Source: an uncultured Planctomycetota bacterium (GTDB lineage: Bacteria > Planctomycetota > Planctomycetia > Isosphaerales > Isosphaeraceae). From it: DNA of 64,000 nt. Below, one piece after another: positions 54,023 through 64,000 of the stretch. The position numbers and the translations under genes are program-made. The stretch spans positions 352,001-416,000 of the forward strand of contig CAWJTV010000028.1 in the NCBI GenBank assembly GCA_963845755.1. The letters run 5' to 3'. The notes under the pieces were generated by a model, which worked only from the letters and a program-made list of their open reading frames with translations, was not told the origin of the DNA and did no database searches. Within the stretch, counting starts at the first letter, position 1; every line of letters starts with the position of its first letter.

Positions 54023-54551
54023 GTGAGACGGCATCCACCGACACCGCCAAGCACGAGCCTGATCATCGCAGCATTCGCGGCGATGATATGTCCGTCATGC
54101 GGCACGGTGGCTGCGCGAGAAGCCGCCGAGTTTGCTGCCCGACCCGCGGGTGGCCCGGCAAGCGGTCGAGAACGCCCTGGAGGAGTGGCGGGCCTCTCCC
54201 GATGTCGATACCACGGCCGCCGACCGATCCCTGATCTTCGTGGATCGTCAACGACGACCGGGTCAACGCTTACGGGAATTCGCAGTCCTGGGGGACTCGG
54301 TGGTCGACAACCTCCGGCGTTTCGTAGTGAGGCTGTCCCTCGCGGAACCTGAGGAATCGACGCTCGCCGCTTACTACGTTTTCGGCCGTGTGGGCAACGA
54401 CCCGATCTGGGTGTATCGTGCCGAGGAATTCGATATGATGATGAATATGGACATGGCGCCCGATGATCCGGCCCCGCCCGCGAACCCATCCAGGCCCCAG
54501 GGGTCGTCGAAACCCGAGGCGGGGCGCCACCATGAGAAGAAGGCATACTGA
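54023..54551 (+). CDS. Uncharacterised lipoprotein, paralogue 3, Met/His-rich tail; frameshift near 54103
   Basis: GTG with SD gaagggga; hydrophobic stretch + CPSC; ARQAVENALEEWR...RRPGQRLREFAVLG...RFVVRLSLAEPE...DPIWVYRAEEFDMMMNMDM...HHEKKAY. Confidence 0.72.
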
Positions 54552-54609
54552 CCGTGACGCGACGGGCGGTGGTCACCTTTCCGCACTTGCAACACGCCTG
54601 GGAAGGGGA

Positions 54610-56144
54610 ATGGTGAGGATAAGGTCGATGGCGGGCGGCTCCGTCGGACACTGGATCTGGTCGGCCTTGCGATTAGCCGAGGTCCGACTGCGCGTTCCGA
54701 TCGTGCTGGTCGTGGCCGCGGTGGTGATCGGCCGATGGGAGGTTATCCGCAACTACTGGGACCGTTTCACGCGATCCTCGACGGCCCAGAACACCTTCAA
54801 GCTCCCGATCTCGAGCGACACGGAATACTTCTGCCCGATGGATCCCGGGGTCGTGTCGCACGGTCCCGCGCGTTGCGGCGTTTGCAACATGGCGTTGGTC
54901 CGCCGCAAGCGCGGTGATGCGGTAATGCTGCCCGATGGGGTCGTCGCCCGGATGCAGCTATCGCCGTACCGGATCCAGCTCGCCGGCATCCAGACTGCTC
55001 CGTTGGGCTATCTCCCCCTGAACCGGGAGTGGTCCGCCGCGGGGTTGGTCACCCGCGAGGCCGATGACTCGGTAACCATCACGATGGATGTGCCCGGTCG
55101 TCAGGCGCCTTGGGTCGAGGAAGGTCAACGGGTCGACATCGCGTGTGCCGACCTCCCCGGCCAATGGCCGCTCACGGGCAGGATCCGATCGCTGCCGCGC
55201 CGCGTGGTTCAAGGGCGGGAATTTGCTCGTGTGACCGTCGCGATCGAGAAACCGCCGCAAACGCTCCGGGGCGGCATGATCGCGGTCGTGACATTCCGGA
55301 TCGCCATGGCCGCGCTGGATCCGTTCCGCACGATGCCGAGCGGCCCGCCCGCCCGGAAGCGCGGGGAGCCGGGCGCATCTACCTCTGTCACGATCACCCG
55401 GAGACGATCGCCCTCGAGGCGGGACGCTGCCCGATCGACGGCAAGAACCGCATGCCGCAGACGTTGGGTGAACTGGAGCGGGTGCAATGGTGGTGTCCGA
55501 TGCATCCGGAGGTCACCGCCGAGAATGCAGGCGCCGTTTGCGAACCATGCGGCGGGATGGTCTTGAAACCCAAGGTGGTCTTCTTCGCACCCAAGGGCCA
55601 GGTGCTGGCCCTGCAACAGTCGGCGGTAGTCGACACCGGCGTGCGGAAAGTGGTCTTCGTCGAGACGATGCCCGGTATGTTTGACGCAGTGGAGGTGGTC
55701 CTAGGACCGCGTTGCGGCGACTTCTACCCGGTCGTGCGTGGCATCGAGCCGGGCCAAGAGGTCGCGGTCGCCGGCGCCTTCCTGCTCGACGCCGAGACCC
55801 GGCTGAATCCTAGCTTGGCCGCCGGCTACTTCGGTGCAGGCCGTGGCGATCGTGCGGCCCACGGGGCGGCACCGGCGACCACTACGAGGCGATCTTCCCC
55901 CGCTGACGGCCCATCCAACGCATCCGGCGATCCCTTCTGGGGACTGGATCCTGCGGATCGTACCCTGGCCCAAGGTCAGTCAAACTGCCCCGTCACGGGT
56001 CGGCCGCTGGGCTCGATGGGCACTCCCAAACGTTACGTCGTTTCCGGCCGGGTGGTATTCCTTTGCTGTGCGGGGTGCGAATCCCGGCTCCTTCGGGAGC
56101 CGGCGAAATACCTGGCAAAGCTGCCCGCCCCGGGTCGCCCATGA
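54610..56144 (+). CDS. CusB-like RND periplasmic adaptor with three heavy-metal-binding modules and C-terminal YHS-like domain; frameshift near 55372
   Basis: YFCPMDP..CGVCNM; LSPYRIQLAGIQTAP; YLCHDHP..CPIDG; WWCPMHP..CEPCGGM; SAVVDTG.RKVVFV...GAFLLDAETRL; CPVTG.PLGSMG...FLCCAGC. Confidence 0.85.
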
Positions 56145-59100
56145 TTGACGCGGTCATCACGTTCTCGATCCGGCATCGGGCGGCTGTCATCGCAGCCAGC
56201 CTGCTCCTGGCCGCGCTGGGCGGCTGGGCCGTGTGGGATACTCCGGTGGACGCGATCCCGGATCTCTCGGAGAACCAGGTGATCGTCTTCACGGAGTGGA
56301 ACGGGCATGGTCCGCGCGAGATCGAGGACCAGGTGACGTATCCGCTGACTCTCGGCCTGCGCGGGATCCGGGGCGTCCGGGTCGTCCGGTCGTCGAGCGA
56401 CGTCGGCTTCTCGACGATCAGCGTCATCTTCGAAGACGCGATCCCGGTCGCCGAGGCGCGACGGCGGGTAACCGAGCGATTGGCACAGGTCCAGGGGAAG
56501 TTGCCGGCCGGGATTCTATCCGAGATCGCACCGGACTCTCCTGCAACCGGCCAGATCTTCTGGTACACGGTGGAGGGGGGCAAGCTCGACCTGGGCCGGC
56601 TTCGCGCGATCCAGGATTGGTATGTCCGCCCGCAGCTCGGCTCCGTGCCCGGCGTGGCGGACGTATCCAGCGTGGGTGGTTTCCCGATCGAGTATGAAGT
56701 GGCGCCGGACCCCGACCGGCTCCGGCTCTTCGGCGTGACGCTCCAGGAAGTCCTCGACGCCGTGTCCTCGTCGAACGCCGCGACGGGCGGCCAGGTGGTC
56801 AACAAGGGGAATGCGGAGTACGTGGTGCGCGGTGTCGGCTGGCTGGGGGCCTCTCCCAATCCCGGCGACGATTCGTTCGACCCTCGGCGGCGCGATCCGC
56901 GACCTGGAAAACGTCGTCCTCCGCGCACCGGGCGGAGGAACGATCCGGCTGGCGGACGTCGCGACGGTGGCGATCGTCCCCGGCTTCCGTCGCGGTGCCC
57001 TGGAGAAAGACGGCAGCGAGGCCGTCGGCGGCGTGATCCTGATGGCGCACGGCGAGAACCCGCTCGAGGTCACGCGCCGGATCAAGACGAAGATCCGCGA
57101 GCTCCAGATCGGCCTGCCGCGCGATGTCCGGATCGTGCCCTTCTACGACCGCACCCCGCTGATCGAAGGGGCCATCAGCACCGTCAGCGGCACCGTGCTG
57201 GAAGCAATGGTCTCGGCCTCGTTGTGCGTCCTGGTGATCTTGCTCCATGTGCGCACCTCGCTCGTCATCGTCGGCACGCTGCCACTGGCCGCGCTGTCGT
57301 CGTTCCTGATCATGGGCGTCTTGCGACGGTCGGGCGTCGTGGACATCGCGGCCAACGCCATGTCGCTGGCGGGGATCGCGATCTCGATCGGCGTGCTGGT
57401 CGACTCGTCGGTCGTGATGGCCGAGAACGTCATGCACCGGCTCAAGGAGCGCTTCGGCCCGGAACCGGTGCGCGGCGACGTTCGCGAAGTGGTCTTGCCG
57501 GCCTGCCTGGCCGTCGGTCAACCCATCGTCTTCTCGGTGGCGATCATGGTGCTGTCGTTCCTCCCCGTCTTCGCACTGGGAGGTATTGAAGGCAAGATGT
57601 TCCATCCCCTGGCCTATACCAAGACATTCGCGCTGGCATCGGTCGCGGTGCTCGCGGTGACCCTGGTCCCGGCTCTGTGTACGCTCTTCATCCGAGGCCG
57701 ACTGCGGTCGGAGCGGGAGAATCCGCTGGTCCGCGGCGTGATCGAGGTCTATCGCCCGGTCCTCTCTTTCTTGATGGATCGCCCGGCGGTGCTGGCCGGG
57801 ATTCTGGGGATAACCTTCCTCCTGGGATTCGCCCCATTGGGCAGCCGAACGATCTTCCTCGGTACGCTCGTCGTGGCGATGGTGGCGATGGCGGTCTGCG
57901 CGTCGAGCCGTTGGGGTGCGGTCCTGGGTCCCGCGTTTCTGGTACTGGTCGCACTGCTGATCGAACCAAGGATCACGCCTCTGATACGCGAATTCATGAC
58001 GCCGCTCGACGAGGGAATGGTGATGGACATGCCCATCACGGTCCCGCGGGCCTCGGTATCGGAGTCGGTCGACGACCTGAAGGCGCGCGACATGGTCTTG
58101 TGCCGGTTCCCGGAGGTGGACATGGTCGTGGGCAAGGCGGGGCGGGCCGAGACGCCGACCGACCCCGCGCCGATGGACATGATCGAGACCATGGTGAATC
58201 TCCGGCCGCGCGAGTTCTGGCCGCGCCGTAAGCTCCGCGCATCCGATGCCTCCGCCCATTGCCTTGCGGTGCTCGATGCCTTGATCGCACGCCAGGTCGT
58301 CGCGCCGCCGGTTGACGCGCAGGCGCGCCGATCCCTCATCGAAGAGGCCGTCGCGCCGGCCTTGACGCAGTTCGACGCGATGTGCCGGGAGTATGCCTAT
58401 CACCGCAATCAGGAATTGGTGCGCGAGTCGAGCGGCCTCTCTCCGACCTCGACGCACCCCTCGGATCCCGCCGAGCAGCGGCTGGTCGATCCCTGGCGCC
58501 GGCATGTGGAGAAACTCGATGACGAACTGCTAATGCGCGCCGCCCCGCTCTTCACGCGGCTGGTGATGGACCAACTCCTGGAGCGTGCGACGATCATCGA
58601 CCCGGCCGTGGCGGCGCATCACGCAAACGCGGTCCGCCTCCGTGCGGCGTCGGTCGAGGCCGCCATCTCGGCCATGACGAGGCGTCCATCCGCCATCGCT
58701 GGGCACCACCACCATTCCGGCGGATATGCCTCGATCCCCCTGCTGGAGCCGCAGCCACAACTCGACGTCGTCCAGGAGGAGCTCTCCCGCCAGTTCAGCC
58801 GATGGTTGCTCTTGTGGCAGGTGGATCGGGACGAGTTGACGCGGTTCGGCGGCGAGCTGGACAATGCCGTCCCGATGCCGGGCTGGACGAACGTCTGGAC
58901 GATGCCGATCCAGAACCGAGTCAACATGCTGACAACCGGCGTGAATTCGCCGATTGGCATCCGGGTCCTCGGACGCAACCTCGAAGACGTCGTCCGCGGC
59001 TCGGAGGAGGTTGCGCGGGTCGTGAAGGGCATTCCTGGGGCCGTTGACGTCGTGGCCGACCCGATCCGCGGCAAGCCTTACATCGAAATCCGGCTCGACC

Positions 59101-60146
59101 GCGAGCGGGCCGCCCGAGTCGGCGTTCGAGCCGGAGAGGTCAACGCGCTGATCGAGATCGCCCTGGCCGGCAAGGTCGTGGCGACGACCGTCGAAGGACG
59201 CGAACGACACTCGGTCGTCGTCCGCTATCCCCGTGCTCGTCGCGAAGACGAGGACTCGGTGCGGAACCTGCTCGTGACCGCCTACGGTGTTTCCCGCGGG
59301 CCAGCCTCGGGTTCGACCTCGACGCCTCCCGATCCGCCTTCGAGCCAGATCCCTCTCTCGGAAGTGGCCGAGATCCGCGTGGTCGAGGGGCCAGCAACAA
59401 TCAAGGGTGAAAATGGGCTGTTGCGCAATTATGTGAGGCTCAGTGCCCGCGGCCGAGATTTCGCCGACCTCGTCGAGGAGGCGCGCGCCGCCGTGGCTCG
59501 CGAGGCCCGTCTGCCCGACGGAGTTTATCTCGAGTGGACCGGACGGTTCGAGCACGAGCTCCGTGCCCGAAGGCGGCTAACCCTGGTCGTGCCCGTCGTG
59601 GTCGTCCTGATCTTCCTGATCCTCTACTGGACCTATCACGACGCGGCCGACGCCATGCTGATGATGCTGGCGGTGCCCGGCGCGATCGCAGGGGGGCTCC
59701 TCTTCCAATGGTTCCTGGGCTTGAAGCTCTCGGTGACGGTCTGGGTCGGCTACATCGCCTGCTTCGGCATGGCCACGTCGACCGGAATCATCATGCTCGT
59801 CTATCTGCGCGAGGCCGTCGAGCGCGCCGGCGGCCTGGAGCGGATCAGCCTGCAAGGGCTGCGCCAGGCGGTCCTGGATGGTGCCGTCCATCGGCTCCGG
59901 CCCAAGCTGTTGACCGAAGGCACGGTCGTCATCGGCCTGGCCCCGATGCTCTGGTCCAGCGGAGTGGCGTCCGAGATCATCCGGCCCATGGCCGCCCCCG
60001 TCCTCGGTGGCATCCTGGTCGCCGATGAAGTCATCGACCTGTTCTTGCCTATCTTGTTCTACTGGGTGCGCCGACGGCGGTGGTTGAGGCTGCATGCTCA
60101 CAGCCGGATGGTTGAACCCGACGCTCAACCCATTCCTGAGTCCTGA
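56141..60146 (+). CDS. cusA: CusA-type heavy-metal RND permease (Cu+/Ag+), with large insert; frameshift near 56884
   Basis: PVDAIPDLSENQVIVFTEW, EDQVTYPL, MSLAGIAISIGVLVD, EGKMFHPLAYTKT, KAGRAETPTDPAPMDMIET, RLRPKLLT; Met triad equivalents conserved. Confidence 0.92.
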
Positions 60147-60325
60147 GTTACGCACAGATACTGCACCCTTGCCCCGCGGGGGACCGGATCGGATCCGCCT
60201 CCTCAACCGCAATTGGCCTGAAGATTGCAGTGATATGTGATTGTTGGCTCGGCCGATTTCGGTTGTCTCGGCCGTGACAATCTCCGTTGCACAACGACAC
60301 CGATCTTCATGAGGGTTGAGATCCG

Positions 60326-60694
60326 ATGAGACGGTTTCTCCGCGTACTCCTCGTCGCCGGCCTGCTGGTCGGCGGCCTGATGTTCGGGACGAGCCCCGCC
60401 CAAGGCGGTCCCTTTCGCCGCGGCTGGGGCCCCTTTGGCGGGTTCGGGCGTTATCGCGTCTATCGACCGGCCTGGGGTTATGGGTATGGTGGCTATCGTC
60501 CCTACGGCTATCGTTACGGCTGGGGAGGATACGGGCTAGGGTATCCGGCCTATAGCTACGGTTATGGCTATCCCGGTTACTACAATCCCTACTTCGGCGG
60601 GATGGGAATGGGATATCCGGGCTACTACGGTACCTCGGTATCGATCGGCGGTCCCTATGGTGGCGGGCTGTATGTCGGCTCCTACCCGTACTGA
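60326..60694 (+). CDS. Small secreted Gly/Tyr-rich protein
   Basis: Signal peptide ending PAQG; GYGY/YPGY low-complexity body. Confidence 0.75.
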   Translation: MRRFLRVLLVAGLLVGGLMFGTSPAQGGPFRRGWGPFGGFGRYRVYRPAWGYGYGGYRPYGYRYGWGGYGLGYPAYSYGYGYPGYYNPYFGGMGMGYPGYYGTSVSIGGPYGGGLYVGSYPY

Positions 60695-60796
60695 GTTCAA
60701 CCCAAGGTCGGCCTGTACTCGCGTTATTTTCAAGAGGGCCAGGGTCGTCGGGTCAGCTCAGCCCGGACCTTGGCCCGCAAACGTCGAGTTGGAGGC

Positions 60797-63700
60797 TCAC
60801 GGCTCGTTGAGAGCCTTGGCAACCACCGTCGCGATCGTGTTGGCGTGGACATACACCGCTTCCAGCTTGCCAGCCGGACCGATCAGGAAGACCGAAGGGA
60901 TCACTTGAACGTGATAAGCATCCTGAGCGCCTCCCTCAGGCCAGTCACCCAGGAAACCTTGTGTCCATCGGAGTCCTTGCTCAGCGGCGACGTTGCGTGA
61001 TGCCTCCTTGTCGCCGTCGAGACTCAGGCTCACCATCGCGAATCGTTCGTCCGCGCCGAAGCGGTCATGAACGGCCTTGAGCTCGGGCAACTCAGCGATG
61101 CACGGCGCACACCAGCTCGCCCAGAAGATGAGCAACACGTGCTTGCCCCGATAATCCTGGAGCTTGATCCGACGACCATCGAGCGACGCGGCCTTAAACG
61201 GTGGTGCCAGCTCTCCGATCTTGAGCATCCGCCTCGGCCTGGGCCGCAGTATGCCGAGATCGAATGGCTGGCCACTCGCTGCGCCGGGGACCTCGGGAAT
61301 GCGGAACTGGCGGAACGCGTGGGCGGTTCGTTCGGGAGACCGGACGCGCATAGAGATCGGGTCAGTCGTGTAGGTCAGTGTCAATTGGTAGTCTCCGGGT
61401 GGAAGGTCCTCAACCCGAACGGTTCCGTCCGATTGGAGCGGAGCCCACTGAAGCTGGAACCAATCCCGGCGATATGCCCGTCCCTCGGGGGAGGCCCGCC
61501 ATTTTCTGGCCCACTCGATCATCGACCCATCGCGGCGGGCGAGGAGCTCTTGGGGATAGGGGATCATTGGTCGATCGCTCCCGATATTGAACGCGGAAAA
61601 CGACGTATAGTCGGCATTCGGATCGAAGCCGAGAGGCGGCGCGATCCTGGCCACCAAGGCGCGACCTGATCCACCCATCTTGACCTGGGCCACTTCTCCG
61701 GACTTGACCTCGACGAGCGTTCCGTTCGTTGATGCCTGAAGGCCTGACGCCCGCCTCTCGTATTGAAACGCAACCCGCACGTCTCCCGGGATGACGCGAT
61801 CGAAGATGAAGCGGCCTCGTGCATCGGCTTTCGTCCTGCCTGAAGCCAAGACATAGGGTATGTCGCGATTGGCGATGCGATCGGAACCATAGCGGATCTC
61901 GGCACCCGATGCCGGCTTGGCCCCCGTGCGGGCGAACCCTTCGAGACGACCCCACGGACCGGCGGTGATCGTAGAATTCTTCTCGAGGGCCGCTCGATCG
62001 ACCTCGGCATAGAACTCGGGATGGACGACGATCACGGCCCACGCTTTCCCGGCGGGGCCGGGCTCGCGGAGGCTCCGGAAGCGTCCCTGAGCATCGGTCT
62101 TCACAATGGCCTGGTCCTCCACGGGTCGAATCTGACCATCCTCGATATGAACCCTGGGCAGGGGGGATGGACCCGCAATCATCGGATAGGTCACGACGAC
62201 TTCCGCCCCTTCCAGGGGCGTGGCGTCGGGTCGGTGCACGATGCCCGTGACCAAGACGCCTTGCGGCTTCTCGGCCTTCGTCAGCTTGACGTCATATTCC
62301 ACCTGCCCCTCATCGCTCTGGAAGACGCGCGACTCGAACGGTTCGTACCCCTTCGCCTTGATCCGGAGCCGGAACTGGTTCGCCTTCTCGGTGTCGAGCG
62401 AGGCTTGCAGGTATCCCTGGTCCACAAAGCTGCGCGAATTAGCATTCCACGACACTTTGCCGGTATCGCCTTTCACGATGCCAACCTCGAGCTCAGCCTT
62501 ATCGATGGGATTGTCGGTAACGGCGTCGCGGACATGACCGCTGATCGACAGCTCGCGCCTGAGCGTCAGCACGATCTCACCGGAATCGGGCGTGGCCCTC
62601 TGCTGGAAGACATCCGAATAACCGGTGCGACTGGCATCGACGAGAACGGGATCCGCCGGAGCATCCTCCCACCGAAACCGGCCGTCGGACCTGGACTTGA
62701 GGAACACCCTCGGAAATCGGCGGCCGCGCCAGGTGTCGATGTGGACGAAAGCGTCGGGGATCGGTCGATTCTGCGTATCCACCACCCGGCCCGCGAGGAC
62801 ATGCGGAGGTCCCAGTGTCACGACGACCGGCTCGACCCGGTCCGTGGCTGCAACCGGCTTCATCTCCGGCGCGTGGCCCCGGGCCTTGACTCGAAGCATC
62901 ATCCGTTTCGGACGAACGTGCGGAAATCGGAACTGCCCCTGAGCATCGGTGATCGACAAGGGCGCATCGTCGTAGGGGCCCGGGTCGCTCGCTTCAAAGC
63001 AGATGACCTCGGCGCCCGCGATCGGCTTGCCCGCCTGGTCCGAGACTGTACCGGCGATCGCGACCCCCCGGATCATGACCTGGCGATCCGTGAAATCGCG
63101 CAACGCCTGCATCGGCTGTTCGTCCGGCTTGGGTGGATTCGATGGCCTCGGCTGGCCGTGCTTCCGCGGATAGGAGTCCCCATCCGCGACATAATCCGGG
63201 TGCGAGAGGAAGAGGTAGGCGAACGTCATGTTGCGGAAGGAGCGGCCACGCCACCGGCCTTGCTGGTCGGTCTGAGCGTCCACCATCCAGGCCAGCTCAT
63301 GTTTCTCCTTCTTCTCGCCGAGGTAGCCCGAGATCCGAACCTTCACTCCCGCCATCGGATGTCCCTGTTCATCAACGACCGTGCCACCCAGTGTTTGCTC
63401 GCTGGGCAATAACTCGACCGTGAACTCCCCGGGGATCTTCGCAAATCGCGGATTGTTCTGGGCAAATGAGTGGCGCTGCTGGACGTAGCCCTCGGCCCAG
63501 ACGTCGAGATTCAGCGTGTCCTGAAACGAGTCGTGGGACAGATTGATGCGGATCCGGCCGTCGCGGTCCGTTTTCCACTCCGGATGCACGAGATCCCGCG
63601 TGGAACGGACCGTCGCCGAGGCCAGCGGCTTGCCAGTGTCCTTGCCAACGACGATGACCTCGATCGCCCCTTGGGGTGCGTTGACCACGGTCTTCGCCTT

Positions 63701-64000
63701 CTCATCCGGCGTGGCCTGAGTTGTCTCCGGCGGCACAATGGCCTTCGTCGCCGCGCGGGCCAGCTCGATCGAGCCGAGCAACCCGGTGATGGCCAGGAGA
63801 ACCGCGGCGACCGCCAGTCTCTCCGGCCACGGCAGCAGGCATCGCGACGATCCCCGGCTCTCCTCGATCCACGCCAGCCGCCGGCCGAGCTTCGTGATGT
63901 GCGCCATTGCCAGTCCAAGACCCGGTTCGGGTCGCCGGACCAATCCCGAGGCGACCGCGATCAATGACGCTCGGTACGCAGAAGCCCCTCCCATTGCAAA
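60797..64000 (-). CDS. BlaR1/M56-type protein with carboxypeptidase-regulatory-like repeats and C-terminal TlpA redoxin; starts beyond window end
   Basis: AYRASLIAVA...LAMAH.TKLGRRLAWI (end of M56); repeated G.V.D..G.PIAGA.V...TDAQGRF; LLIFWASWCAPC. Confidence 0.82.
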   Translation of the reverse strand, partial: FAMGGASAYRASLIAVASGLVRRPEPGLGLAMAHITKLGRRLAWIEESRGSSRCLLPWPERLAVAAVLLAITGLLGSIELARAATKAIVPPETTQATPDEKAKTVVNAPQGAIEVIVVGKDTGKPLASATVRSTRDLVHPEWKTDRDGRIRINLSHDSFQDTLNLDVWAEGYVQQRHSFAQNNPRFAKIPGEFTVELLPSEQTLGGTVVDEQGHPMAGVKVRISGYLGEKKEKHELAWMVDAQTDQQGRWRGRSFRNMTFAYLFLSHPDYVADGDSYPRKHGQPRPSNPPKPDEQPMQALRDFTDRQVMIRGVAIAGTVSDQAGKPIAGAEVICFEASDPGPYDDAPLSITDAQGQFRFPHVRPKRMMLRVKARGHAPEMKPVAATDRVEPVVVTLGPPHVLAGRVVDTQNRPIPDAFVHIDTWRGRRFPRVFLKSRSDGRFRWEDAPADPVLVDASRTGYSDVFQQRATPDSGEIVLTLRRELSISGHVRDAVTDNPIDKAELEVGIVKGDTGKVSWNANSRSFVDQGYLQASLDTEKANQFRLRIKAKGYEPFESRVFQSDEGQVEYDVKLTKAEKPQGVLVTGIVHRPDATPLEGAEVVVTYPMIAGPSPLPRVHIEDGQIRPVEDQAIVKTDAQGRFRSLREPGPAGKAWAVIVVHPEFYAEVDRAALEKNSTITAGPWGRLEGFARTGAKPASGAEIRYGSDRIANRDIPYVLASGRTKADARGRFIFDRVIPGDVRVAFQYERRASGLQASTNGTLVEVKSGEVAQVKMGGSGRALVARIAPPLGFDPNADYTSFSAFNIGSDRPMIPYPQELLARRDGSMIEWARKWRASPEGRAYRRDWFQLQWAPLQSDGTVRVEDLPPGDYQLTLTYTTDPISMRVRSPERTAHAFRQFRIPEVPGAASGQPFDLGILRPRPRRMLKIGELAPPFKAASLDGRRIKLQDYRGKHVLLIFWASWCAPCIAELPELKAVHDRFGADERFAMVSLSLDGDKEASRNVAAEQGLRWTQGFLGDWPEGGAQDAYHVQVIPSVFLIGPAGKLEAVYVHANTIATVVAKALNEP

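Noticed and set aside
6707..60146. Programmed frameshifting or mass pseudogenisation
   Set aside because: No slippery heptamers at the breaks, and conserved genes are otherwise intact; sequencing indels are more parsimonious

Overview
GC-rich planctomycete DNA, probably Isosphaeraceae-like (three DUF1559 genes, planctomycete cytochrome/DUF1552 pair, LExRxLLS motifs, extended ECF sigma factor). About 20 genes are split by 1-2 nt indels, most likely uncorrected long-read errors, so many CDS were rebuilt by hand across frames. The most notable region is a Cu(I)/Ag(I)-type RND locus at about 50.8-60.1 kb. It starts with a hidden upstream ORF (signal peptide, Cys motifs, C-terminal ERPPR) resembling copper-sensing CutF/CruR leaders. 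This is followed by a Met/Cys-rich DUF1559 protein, paralogous uncharacterised lipoproteins (one divergent copy), a CusB-like adaptor that appears to lack its lipoyl/alpha-hairpin docking domains, and a CusA with a ~200-aa His-containing insert. No outer-membrane factor or CusF lies in the locus. Other points: a duplicated sigma-54 enhancer/promoter module around an FhlA-like activator (one copy orphaned beside a REP-like inverted repeat), a ~1375-aa CxxCH/prenyltransferase-repeat/HEAT protein, and an ECF sigma factor with an in-frame TGA. No rRNA, tRNA or CRISPR array was recognised.
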